Assembly: GCF_002105155.1 (NCBI RefSeq)
Contig: NW_019029023.1
Span: forward strand, 186,001 to 250,000
Reading direction: 5' to 3'
DNA length: 64,000 bases
Source of the DNA: Lobosporangium transversale
Lineage: Eukaryota
Positions 13,901-25,250 of this stretch are shown here, one piece after another. The notes beneath the pieces are model-generated. The model saw only the letters and a list, made by a program, of their open reading frames with translations, had not been told where the DNA came from and did no database searches. The position numbers and the translations under genes are program-made. Numbering within the stretch: position 1 is the stretch's first letter; each line of letters opens with the position of its first letter.

Positions 13901-15268
13901 ACTGATGAGGTAATTATATATTTCTCTTTCATCAGCTATGCTATCATCCAAATGATATTTTTGTTAAAAATATATTGAATTTAACAATTGCATCTTGACT
14001 TCAAATTCCTCTGGAGGAAACTCACAGGTCCGGAAAGAGTTCGCTTTGCTGTTCGAGTACAATGTAGTACTATTCTTGATGGAATTCATGAGCCTTGTCT
14101 TGACTCCGTTGATCCTCGGCTTCAGTTTACCAGGTTGTAGCGAGAAGATCGTTGATTTTTTCCGTGAGTTCACGGTCCATGTTGATGGTGTAGGGTATGT
14201 CTGCAGCTTTGCCGTGTTTGATTTTAAAAGGCATGGCAACGTTAAGGTATGTTTGGTTTTTCCGTCTTGATATTCTATAGGAGTATCGAAAAACAAAGTG
14301 AATGAGTGTATTTAGCATATGGCTCCTCTTTTTTTTTCCAATTCATATTACCCATTAGTATGGAGCACCTGCTGATTTCAAAAGAGATGAGCGATTTATC
14401 TCTAACGAAGGAAAGATGGAAAAGTCGTTCCTGAATTTCAAAGTAACGAAAAAAAAAAAAAAAAAAAAAAAAAAAACTATTTAATCAAGTTTACATGTTG
14501 TATGCTTGTTATAGGTTAGTATCAGAATGATTGACTCTAGAAATTATTTAAATCACTCTATAGCAAAATAATCCTGATTGGGAACCAAATAATCCTGAAG
14601 GATCGATGTACTTATCAAAGCTAGTAGAGTCAGAGGCGGTCCCTGCTCGGAGTCGGCGTCCACATAACAACCACCACCACCGCGCAAGCGATCACATGCA
14701 ACCACCATTTTCGTTCGGGCAGAATTCGACATTCCTGAGGCATAGAGGCCCTGCAGTAGGGGGAAATTCACTTTACTACCAAGGCAGAAACCTCTATCAT
14801 GACCAAAATAGGAACCAATTCGACGGTGCTGCCCGTACAAGGGATGATGGTAGAAGCGAAGATGATATGGACAGCGAAAACGATATCGATAAAGCGCGAA
14901 AAGGTAGTGGACAAGTCCCTCCTTCTACGCAGCAGGGTCGTGAACAACGGAAGCGTCAGTTTAGAAGAGATACTGGGATCGAATCTACAGCATTTGATTT
15001 AGATGACCGGCACGGAGATCAGCTGTCCTCAAACTCCGGATTCCCTACAAACCTTGGCGATTCGTTCGTATCAGAGATTGGACAGTCCACTGGCCGTACT
15101 AGAACAGGATCTGGAAGAATAGGAAATCGTGGGGACGAACGAGGAGAGAAAGGAAAGGGCCATAAGGATGATGATATGTCTGACGTAGAGAATGAGCGTG
15201 AGTCACAAAAGAAGGGAGTGTTTGGTCTGTTGAACCAAATTTACGAAATGAACAATGTGACAATGTAA
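10989..15268 (+). CDS. ATG9: Autophagy-related protein 9 (lipid scramblase), ~11 exons
   Basis: Motifs [125 protein letters not shown] and the C-terminal GVFGLLNQ; exons joined by GT-AG introns. Confidence 0.95.
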
Positions 15269-15950
15269 TTCTGATAAGAGGAAGCCTTCACAGTGAAAGT
15301 TTATGCGAGGTTATCCTAGGTGAGAATGAAGCCTAAAAGGCTTCTAAAAAAGGGGAGGTACTGAGATAGTTGTTGTAAATGAAATGGGGATGAATCAAGT
15401 AAGGTAGCGGGGAATAATTTCTTGTTAAAAGTGGGATTGCGAACAGCTCTTTCTATCAAATAAACTGTGTTATAAAACTGTACTTAGTGACTACGGAATA
15501 CATTAGAATGACAAGGATCCATGGCTCGGATCCAATACCTGATATATGATATGAACCAATGGTACGTAATTGCCATGCCAGGTTATTGTAGTAATACAAT
15601 AGCTCTGTTCTCGAGCAATGAGAGGCAACTTACATTTGGTGGCCTACATGTCAACCGCAGTTTTTCATAACTGAATCAGGCAATCTATAGACCTCAGTCT
15701 GCAAAAGCCATAGCAGAAAACTGTGGTTAGGTATTACATTCCATTGGAACTTATCAATCTAAGTCCTAGGACTTTGATAATTCAATCTTTTATGAAGCAA
15801 GGGATAAAGCCTTCAGTTAACCTTCACGGCTTTGGAGCACGCGGCCTATTGTCCCTATTCGCCTGTTTGCCGTCCTTTTTTTTCAATTCCATTACAGAAA
15901 ATGCTCTGCAGCCACATTTATACACAAAAAGAGATCAGGATATTCCTCTT

Positions 15951-16250
15951 GGTTGACGAGAATGCTGGAGGCAGTGCTGTTTATTCTAGAGGGTGATCAT
16001 AGATACCAACAGCACTAGGCCACTCCCTCCAAGGCCATGGATGAGTGCAGGTGGCTGTTTTAGCCGATTCCTTATGTAGCCTTTGACTGACTTAGGCTTT
16101 GAGAGGCTTTGGCAGGCTTGAGTTGGGGCAGCCGCTGTCGTTCTGGTTATGGCTCATATTTTTTCGGCTTTGTTACGGCCGCTGTCGGCTAAGGTGGTTT
16201 CAGCTGCAGTTATTTGTTTTGAATGTCTTTGTTTGTTTGTTTGTTTTGTT
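15951..16250 (+). repeat. Left terminal inverted repeat
   Basis: Inverted match to ~26985-27202, with extra inserted segments on this side; internal palindrome AGTGCTGTT (15973-15981)...AACAGCACT (16008-16016). Inner boundary approximate. Confidence 0.9.
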
Positions 16251-17330
16251 TTGTTTTGTTTTGTTTTTTTGTGGTGTTGCCGTGTTGCCTTAATTGATTG
16301 GTCCTGGTTGTGTTCAGTCGGTTGGGTTCTCTAAGTAGTCTTTGATTGACTTCGGCTTTGGAAGACTTAAGTAGGATTTGATTTGGGCAGCTACAGTCCT
16401 TTTGGTTTGGTTGCAGCCGATGTTCGATTTGGTCGCGGTTGTTTGTTTTGAACGTGTTTTCAAATGTACCTTTTAAATGTGTCTTTTGGAGGTGTGTTTT
16501 TTCCTTTTTAGGTTGAGGTTAGATTAAGTTTCGATCCTTTTGTTGTCTACTTTTAGGCCCGTTGCGGAGCATGTTTCGTAGATCAGGGTCTGTTCTTGAA
16601 TCTGTTTGTTGTCGCGTTCGTCCCCGAGATGGCTCTTCGCTGTTCCTCTAGGCCGTTCTTCGGGACTATCCTTCGATTTGGTTCTTCGAGGTGATTGTTC
16701 GAGTGGTTCTTCGGGGCAGCTCTGCGGGGTGATCATTCGAGGCGCTTCATTTTTATTTTATTTTTTTTACTTTGTTAATGATTTTTTTCTTTTCTCTTTT
16801 TTTCTTTCTTATTCCGTCATTTTCTTTTTTTTTTTTTTTGCCATTTGATGGCTCTTGTGTTGTTTGTTTGGGTAATATAGGTGGATAGGGACGCATTTTT
16901 TTTCCCTTTTAGTTTGGATTTCCATGTAGCCGTCTGACTGTTAAAGATTAAGCTCTGGGATAACAGAGCAATGGTTCTGGAATGGTAAACAAATGCCAAA
17001 TGGCGTGAGTATCCCGAACAGTGGTAAAAATGTCTGTGCACATTCCTTTGCATGTATGCACGACAAAATGGCAAGTATGTATGCTTTTTGTCCATTTCAT
17101 TCGTTTCATCGTAACCCCCTTTTGCTACTGCATTAAAAGCCAGATTAGACTATGTCATCGCTACTGTTGCTGTAACTATTGCTGCTATTGCTCTTTTTGA
17201 GTAAGAGCTTTTATTCTTTTCTTCTCTTTCCTTCCTCACCCTCCACTACTCTTCGTCACCTCCCACTGCCTTCTCACAGAACATCCCCCTTGGCAAGCCA
17301 GCCCAGACACAACACAGAAGCAAGCTCCCA

Positions 17331-18290
17331 ATGGCGCTGTCAAGTAAGTATACAGCTTATCAATATATGTATTGCTTCGTTCTTGCCTTGTCTGTTATCC
17401 TAATGCTCTGCTACCTACTCTCCGCCTTACGCCTAACAAATTCGCTGCACTCGCCAACTTGCTCGCTTGCTTTGGCATTTTGACTTTTTTTCTCCTTCTA
17501 GCTATGATAGAGAACGAATATACTTGACGCCGCGCCGCTCATCTAGAAGACTGCCACAGCTATGGGTAGTGCTTTCAGTAGTGGGATGGAAGCCAAACAG
17601 TAAGTGCTCTTTCTGTTTTTCTCCTTTACGCTTTTCTTTTTTGTTGCTTTGGCCATATACACGGCTCAAGTACCTTTACGTATACACACGACTCAGAACC
17701 TTACGATATATACGCAGCTAAGCACCTTCACAGTATAACTGTACACACATTAAGGGGTTTCAGTGGCTTGAGCCATGGTCGGACATCTCAATTGACGAAC
17801 ATTGCCCTTAAATCTAACAATAAAATTAATTAGCCTTACGCTCCCCTTTTTTTTTCACCAGCTCATATCGCATACATCGTGTACATACCCTCTCTCTCTT
17901 TTAAACTCCCATAATTTTTATTGCAGCTATGCCAGACCACGACATCATCAGCATATTCAGCGATGACCTAACAGTATCGGATCTTGGCTTCAAGCTGTTA
18001 GCCGCTACTGCCCCAGAAGCAACGCCCCGATCCGGCTGATTTAGCAACATTTGACTCTAACCATGAGGAGCCTATTGCTGACTCCGACGGTGTTACAGAA
18101 AATAATGATAATCAATCTTTGAAAGCTATCGAAATTGATATGTCAGATATTTTAAAAGATAAGTTAGACAGAAAATTCGAGATCTTGATTGCGGCAAAGG
18201 ATTATTACATGAAAATCGCATTGGCGCACGGATTTGCCATCAAGATCCGCTCTAGTTCAGTCAAGTTCATGCATTTGGCAAGAAGAGATG
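17331..18290 (+). pseudogene. Degenerate 5' part of a MULE/FAR1-type transposase gene
   Basis: Small exons with GTAAGT donors lead into a frameshifted exon (shift near 18025) ending LDRKFEILIAAKDYYMKIALAHGFAIKIRSSS, which resembles the FAR1 DNA-binding N-terminus (F.s.e.a..fy..yA...GF.ir..ss). No DDE core is visible downstream. Confidence 0.55.
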
Positions 18291-18696
18291 GTTTTTTTAT
18301 TTTTTGCTTCTATTTGTGGGCGCGCCTTGTCTGTCAATATAGTTATGTCAAATATAGTGTTCCGGGGCCAAATGGCCGTCATCTCATTTGAATATCAAGC
18401 CACTGTTTGTGTGTATGGTTATACTTTTTTTGTGTACAAATATAAAAAATGGATTTTTTTACAATCACCACTTCCCTTCCTCTTTCATTACCACCTCATT
18501 ATCTCTACTTTGTTTCGTGATCACCACTACTTTGCTTTGTCAATTCTACCTTTTTTTCTTGAATGCCTTTGTGTAATCACTTCTTGTTGTTATTTCATCA
18601 CCACTTTATTTCTATGCACCGCCATTTTTATTAGTAGTAATTCGATTATTACCTTTACTTTCTGTTCTCTTCACCATTAATCATTGCCCACATTAA

Positions 18697-18805
<109 letters not shown>

Positions 18806-19077
18806 TTTTCTTCCTCATTAATCTACTTCATAACCTTTGTTTGTATCTTCGAACACCTCTACGATATCCTTAGGCGCTTAACTTTCCCGGCACAGGTAAT
18901 CTAAAAAACCCTATGTTAGTTCATTCAATTTCATATAAGATTTGCAATGCGCTACAGTCACTCTAGTAGTCATGAGTGTACAGGGTCATCATACAGCTTT
19001 AATTTTTTTTATTTTTTTATTCCTTAACTCGTGATTGTTGCTTGTTACTTTATTCATGAAGTTTTTCAATTGATTGA

Positions 19078-19342
19078 CAAACACGTGCGCTTTGGGGGAT
19101 CCAAAGTTTCACGGCTCGTGGTCACATGTTTGACTTTCTGTTGAAGAGCAGAGTTCAATTGAAATCTTCTGATGGATTTGGTCTTAGATTGATCTGAATG
19201 ACGGGTTTGTGGTTGCAGCTCATGCGCCTTACCCTTTTTGGGAATTAATCTAGCACCATCTGTAGTGCTTTGACACTATCATCACATGCTCGACTTCGAA
19301 CGAGTCAAGGCGCTGTATAGTGAGGATATCATCCTGACCATC
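19078..19342 (+). ncRNA. Candidate structured RNA, copy 1 (unknown family)
   Basis: Three-way junction: P1 19078-87/19123-32, P2 GCTTTGG/CCAAAGT, P3 CACG/CGTG. Further stems GATGG/CCATC, TGCAG/CTGTA and GCGCCTT/AAGGCGC. Homologous to copy 2 with compensatory changes. Expression is not shown. Confidence 0.5.
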
Positions 19343-19355
19343 TAAATTGACTGAT

Positions 19356-19610
19356 ATGCATGCGCACTTAGGGGATCCTAAGTTTCACGGTTCGTGGTCG
19401 CATGCATTTCGTCCCAGTTGGAGAGAGTTTGTCAATTGAGATGTATTGATGGCTTTGGAGTCCAAACTGTGTGGATGAGGTTTCCTGCAGAAACCAGCCT
19501 GGCTCCAACTGCGTCATTCACGGATCTCTTTATCCGTGGGTGTCGTGTCCTCGCGCTCGTTTCGAGGCCGAGTCAAGGCGCTGTATAAATGGATGCCATC
19601 TTTTTTTTTT
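19356..19610 (+). ncRNA. Candidate structured RNA, copy 2 (unknown family), ending in a T10 run
   Basis: P1 ATGCATGCG/CGCATGCAT (19356-64/19399-407), P2 ACTTAGG/CCTAAGT, P3 CACG/CGTG, GATGGC/GCCATC (19448-53/19595-600). Shares the identical 19-mer CGAGTCAAGGCGCTGTATA with copy 1. Confidence 0.5.
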
Positions 19611-19714
19611 ATTCCATTTTCTCCTTGATTCTGTTTTCTACTTTTTGCTTCTTTTTTTTTTTTTTGGCTACAAATTAACCAGTTAGCATTGAGACTTCTA
19701 AATAGGATCACTTG

Positions 19715-21857
19715 ATGGACCATCTAACTCAAAGTTTCGAAGAAAGAGCCAACTTCTTCAAAAACAATAAGCTCCCAAAGTCCCCTTGGTCAGCGGCAAA
19801 GTCCTTCTACGATAAGTTCCAATTTAAATCTCGTTCAAGTGGCACAGATTCCTTGAGGAAAACAGTTGCGAGGATCTTAGCCGAAGGAGATGACAGAGTA
19901 AAGCATTTAAGTGATGCATTTAAGGACCCCGAGCTTCGCAAAAGGGAAGACTTATACTTTAAAGAAAGGAAGGAGTGGAGTTATGACGTAGAGAGGGCAG
20001 CCAAAAAAGCAAGCTCTGTAGCGAGTGTGCTCGGTTTTAAAGCTAGCATCCAGGTACTGGATAGCTCACTAAGTCGTACCATTTCAACAGTTGAGGCTGC
20101 GAACTTGGCAGCAACTGCAGGCCAGCGAACTACAATTACAGGTATATATAATTGTTACTATTATCATTATCATTAACGTAGGTGAATATCCCATACAGAG
20201 CACTTACTTATGTATAACATCAATTTAAATAGGTAATGGAACATCAGATGTCATTGGTGAGACTGGAACATCACTTGAGAGGGATTCGCCAGTTACAAGA
20301 GGTTCTTGCATTCAATTAGAGCAACCGATATCTTCATATACGGCTGCTCGCACTCCACCTTTGGATCGAAGGTCAGGGTCGCCATCACCAACGCTGTCAC
20401 CTCCGCCCCATCTACTCTTCGATGGCAACAGTAGTGATGATGAACAAGGTCAAGACAAAGTCCTTGATGAAGGGATTGCGTTGCGTCACGCCTTCCGCGA
20501 GGATCATCTGGATGACACTAGCCGTGCTCCCGACACCGATCACACTGATCACACCGATCTTGGTATGTAGACTTGGAGATAACTCTAAGAAAGCTATTTC
20601 CTGAGAGTTGAGTCCGAATGATGGAATTAACTTCAATTAACTTTCAATCTTATTATGAATAGCCCATTCCAAATATTGAATCAACAAATCGACTGGTCTT
20701 ACAGAGAAATCGACCTTCTTGATCGATTTGATCAGTTTATGAACAATCGAGGATTAAACGACTATTCACTTGCAAATGACAGGATCGCAGATTTGACACT
20801 GTCTGGAGAGTTTTCAGCTGTTCTTCTTGACAACGAGTTTGAGGCGGCGTTGGCTGAGACTTTGGAAGTCGTTGACGACCCAGGTATCCAAGAGATACTG
20901 AATCCTGTTCTCTCTGACAAGAATACTAGTCTGGACGAGATGATTAAAGCCATCCGGTTGATGGATCACTCCAATGATTTGGTCTACTACATGTCTAGTG
21001 TATTCAGAGGATTGTAAGGATATCAACAACATTAATGGACTTCAAGATGGCTGATAAGTGCACTCAACTGAAATTTTACTAATACGTATATCATTTTGTT
21101 TTGTAGAGAGAGATTTGTCCGATGTCAACGCCTTCCAGTTGTTCCAAATGAGCGTCAGGCATTCACGGACCTTGTCCTTCCTGCTCTTGACGGTGGGATG
21201 GCAATGGTGAATCTGGCGGTTAGACGATTCGAAGTTACTGTCTACGGATCAGCAAGACGACAAAACGCTGGCCGAAATCCTTTCATTGAAAGGCGTGCGC
21301 AAGGGCATCAGGCGGATGCAATTGTTGAAACGACGGAGGGATATCAGTTCGTGATCATCGAGAGCGCCAAGCTTACAGGGGCCACAGAGGAGAAAATCGC
21401 CCAAGACCATTTCAAGCTTGCTCGTGACATGAAGGACACTTGGACTGAAGTGGTGCGTAAAGTTGTGTCTGTCAACAAGCGACCACCGAGCCACTTGACT
21501 GTCTTTGGAGTACAGGCGTTTGACACTGAATTGGTTTTTCTAGCAATGGATTTCAAGGGATGTTTCCGATTGTACGACCTCGCTACAATCCAGATTCCAA
21601 ACTCGCTAACAACTATCCAGAGGGACATGAACAGATTCTTATCAACATGCATTGGATTTGCAAAACTGGTTGCTTGCGAATATAAAAAATTCAATAATAC
21701 TCTTCAGGATCTGGGGATGATAGACCGCAGATCGTGCAATCGGGCTGTCAGGAACATCAAGGTTACCTCTACTTCACCCCTGAAGTCGGTAAAAACACCT
21801 CTGAAGTCTTTGAAATCTGGAAAGCGCAAGCGAATTGATGAAGACGGAAATCAGTAG
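19715..21857 (+). CDS. Spliced cargo gene (~620 aa, 4 exons) with C-terminal PD-(D/E)xK restriction-endonuclease-like domain (Crinkler/CR-REase-like)
   Basis: Exons about 19715-20141, 20233-~20562, ~20663-21013 and 21107-21857. C-terminal pattern NERQAF...FEVTVYGSARRQN...GHQADAIV...FVIIESAK...KIAQDHFKLARDMKD...VFGVQ fits an E...D...ExK REase core. The exon 2/3 junction is out of phase with the best GTATGT donor, so it needs a weaker splice site or the gene is slightly decayed. Confidence 0.65.
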
Positions 21858-22348
21858 CGACTGAGGAGTACAGGTGATCAATACGAATAATCTGGATAGG
21901 AAAGTGAATGAAAAACGTTCATCCCTTTATTGATCACCTCCTACTGATTTAAATAGGGTGAAGGACAATCTCTAATTGACAACTAAGTGAAATTACTACT
22001 TACATGTGACTGATATATCACAGCGGCCATACATTGTATGTACTAGATAGCCCTTCAATAAAAGAACCTTAACTCAGTATCGGGACGAAATACTTTATGT
22101 CCTTTAGTGAGCCATCTGGAACAGAGGCATGATTGCAAGGGCGCAGGGTTGAAGAACAGAGGTGAGAAATGAGGTGCTTGTCAGATTCGCAAGAGTAACG
22201 TGAACGCTGGAATAGCATTTCAATAAGGTTTGCTAATCGTGAACTGGTGCGAGGTATTCTCGTATCCAAGCTACTGTCTACCGTGTGAAAGTCATTGAAA
22301 TGGTCGTAGAAGAACAAGGGCTGAGAGCAAAATTTGTGAAATGTACGA

Positions 22349-25250
22349 TTATTCAAGGCGCCTTAATCGTACTCCGACCACATCTGCCCAAATTTTACTG
22401 CTAGAATAACCTTGCACAAGAGGAGGATGTCCCAGTTGTTTTTTATTCAATCTGTTACTCGTACGTCGTTGATAGGCTTGGTGCCATCCTGTCTGCAAAG
22501 CGTAGACTATCATGAATAGTGCGCTCGCCCTGAGTCTATCGACGCGTACGTCGACGCTTAGGTCGAGAGGTATTTCTGACAGATGTGTGGCGAGCACCAG
22601 ATATCTGTGACACATTCTGCTGCAGATCAACGGATTCTGATGAAGAATCGTGAGACCGTTTAGAACCAACAGTAGTAGCATTTGTTGCATGATGATTAGC
22701 CCAGTAGTCACTAATGCAACAAAATTCTTTTCAGGTTCCCATGTATTGTCGTCGTGCGAATAGTTTTTCCATTTAACAAGATACTCATATTCCTGTGGAG
22801 ATACATAACTTTGTCGATGGTTAATGATTTTTTCTATTTCATCAGTAGGAGTATCTTCAAAGTCATCAAGGACAAGTTTTAGTTGAGACGGGGCATAATT
22901 TCTGGCTAATATTGCGCCTGTCCCAACTTTAAGGATATACGAGCCATGAGGATTTTTATTCACGACTGTGTATGGTCCTTCGTAACGTGGGGTAAGTTTG
23001 TCGCCACGGATTGGGTCAAGAGTCATTACTTTTGCTCCATCAGGAAATTCGTTGAGGAGTACAGTAGCATTGAAGCGTTCAATCATCTTTTTCTGGGCTC
23101 GTTTAGATTTTTTACGAATCGCAGGGAAGACTATTCCTATCATATACTTGGTTCTCTGAATTAATTTTTCTCGACTCGTTGGTTTTCCTTCATCATCAGT
23201 GTAGTTACTGAAGCCATTTGCTTTTCGTGCAAAAAATAAAGAAAAGGGTGAAGAGTTATGAAGACTCACAATTCGAGTGTTGGCACTTAGTTGAGTAAAT
23301 GGAACATGATTATCCCAATGTTTGCTATTATGCCTGATCTGTTTTCTGATCATTTGACAAACAGTCTTTACATGGTTTTCAGCAACACCGCTACCTCGTG
23401 GGTGGTATGGGGTAATTAATCAATGGTCAATAAACATTTGTGAACTCACCATTATCGGATTGAATGACTCGTGGGAAGCCGATGTCTGAAAATCGCTTAA
23501 ACAGTACAGTAGCAACCGTAAGAGCGGATTTATCAGGTAAGGCATCCAGCAATACAAAGCGAGTACAGACATCAACAATAATCAGTAAATAAGAGTTGTT
23601 CTTTTCAGAGACCATGAATGGTCCAGCGATGTCAATCGCAATATGTTCACCTGGTAATTGTGCATGAATTGCTTTCAGTGGATGATATCCTTTTCTGGCA
23701 ATATTCATCCGTTGGCATGCTTGACATCTTTTTATATAATCAGCACAATCTTTCGCTAAATGGGGCCAAGTTTTATCTTCAGCATGTATAGTTTTTACCA
23801 TAGCATTTGTACCAATATGACCCATTGCATGGACACGGTACATGGTATCTTGTCGTTTTTCTTCAGGTACCAGTTCTCTTTGCTCATTCGAACTTTGTAT
23901 CGCATGAATGTATGCTAGTGTAGGTTCATGATGTATATCCAACGACTGTTGTCGCTTAGTCATGCGTGCAGGGAATAATCGGGATACATCAGGTAATACA
24001 TTGAGTACTCCTGGTCGATAATGTACTGTAAAGGAATAACGTAAGATTACGTCTTGCCAGTTTGTCATCATGGCATTCATATCTGGTTGAGAGTGAATGA
24101 ACATCAATGCACGATGATCTGTGTACAGATCGAAATGTCTACCCCATAAATAGTAGTGGAATTTGTTGAGAGCAAAGACAATGGCTAAGAGTTCTTTCTT
24201 TGTTGCGCTGTATTTTCGTTCACTTTGATGTAGTGATCGCGCCATGAATGAGATATAATTTATATCTTTCGGGTGATTTGTACCTCGGGGTAATTGATAC
24301 AGCACAGCACCAATCCCAACATCAGAAGCATCCGTTGCTACGAAGAACGGGTGATTAAAATTAGGAAAGGATAATACCGGTGCATGAGTAAGCAGGGACT
24401 TTAAGGCATTAAATGATTGTAGTTGCTCATCATTCAACGTGAACATGTCTGTGCAGCTTCTCAGAGCATCCAGAAGTGCAGCAACTTCACTAATGAGTGG
24501 TATAAATTCTCGGAAGAAATTGAACGTGCCCAAGTACGATTGAATTTGTTTGGCAGTGGTTGGAGGCTCCCATTCGTCAATATTTGCGAATTTGGATGGA
24601 TCGACACTCTTACCATGCAGACCAACTATAAATCCAAGTAGTGAGATCTGTGTACTGTAGAAGTTACATTTGCCGCTATTGATGATTAATTTAGCATCAT
24701 TAAGTCTGGCAATAACAGTATTTACATGATCAGCATGTTCGACTCTGTTCTTTGAAAAAATTACAATATCATCAATGAAATTGTAGACAAAAGGAAGATC
24801 CCCGAGTATGCGAGACATTCCTCGTTGGAATAAGCTTGACAATGGTTTTAAGCCAAAAGGTGCTTTCTTAAACATGTATTGTTTACCCTGATGCATAAAT
24901 GCTGTTAAGGGTTGATCTGCTTCATTAATTGGCATGCGATGATACGCTTGTGAGAGATCAATAGTTGTAAATATGGCATGACCAGCGAGACGAATAATAA
25001 TATCATTGATAAGAGGTAATGGGTAGTTATCGTCTGGTAGATGTTTATTTAGGGGTCGAGGAACAAGACATACTCGCCATAACGTTTTATTGCCATTTTG
25101 GTCTTTCTTTGCTGTAAGCGTAAGAGTATTATTGTGCACATTGCCTACAGGGGCAAGTGTGATAACGTCATCTATCAACCATTTTTCTATGGCTTCATTA
25201 AGAATGGACATTTGTTTTTCTGCAAAAGGACGTGAACGTCTATATAGAAC
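22349..25250 (-). mobile_element. Truncated Ty3/Gypsy LTR retrotransposon (chromovirus) pol remnant: RT-RNaseH-integrase-chromodomain
   Basis: RT (IDLSQAYHRM, APFGLK, FIDDIVIFS), RNase H (VATDASDVGIGAVL, YSATKKELLAIVFAL, TDHRAL), integrase (H..GH...C..C, IDIAGP, QSDNG, disrupted near 23430), GPY/F motif KLTPRYEGPYTVV and chromodomain EIEKIINHR...EYLVKWKNYSHDDNTWEPEKNF. gag, protease and 5' LTR are absent. Confidence 0.93.

Noticed and set aside
16099..17095. Short Phe/Lys-rich ORFs here and at 26610-27281 and 56903-58522
   Set aside because: Translations of TIR or homopolymer-rich non-coding DNA.
18930..19020. Possible third degenerate copy of the structured repeat 3' end (GCAATGCGCTACA...T-run)
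   Set aside because: Similarity is too short and the 5' three-way junction is absent; only a covariance-model search could rescue it.
19078..19410. Hammerhead ribozyme or group II intron domain V on the minus strand (GAAAC next to a stem; GAGCCGTG...GCACG)
   Set aside because: No CUGANGA core at the junction, and the 3' strand of domain V (CGGTTC-like) is missing.
19078..19610. CRISPR-like array
   Set aside because: Only two long diverged units, no short identical repeats with unique spacers, no cas genes, eukaryotic context.
19514..19723. ORF containing HLYSALTR, reminiscent of the Helitron/PIF1 motif HGQLYVALSR
   Set aside because: It is the antisense reading of the conserved 19-mer; no other helicase motifs, and the frame is closed in copy 1.
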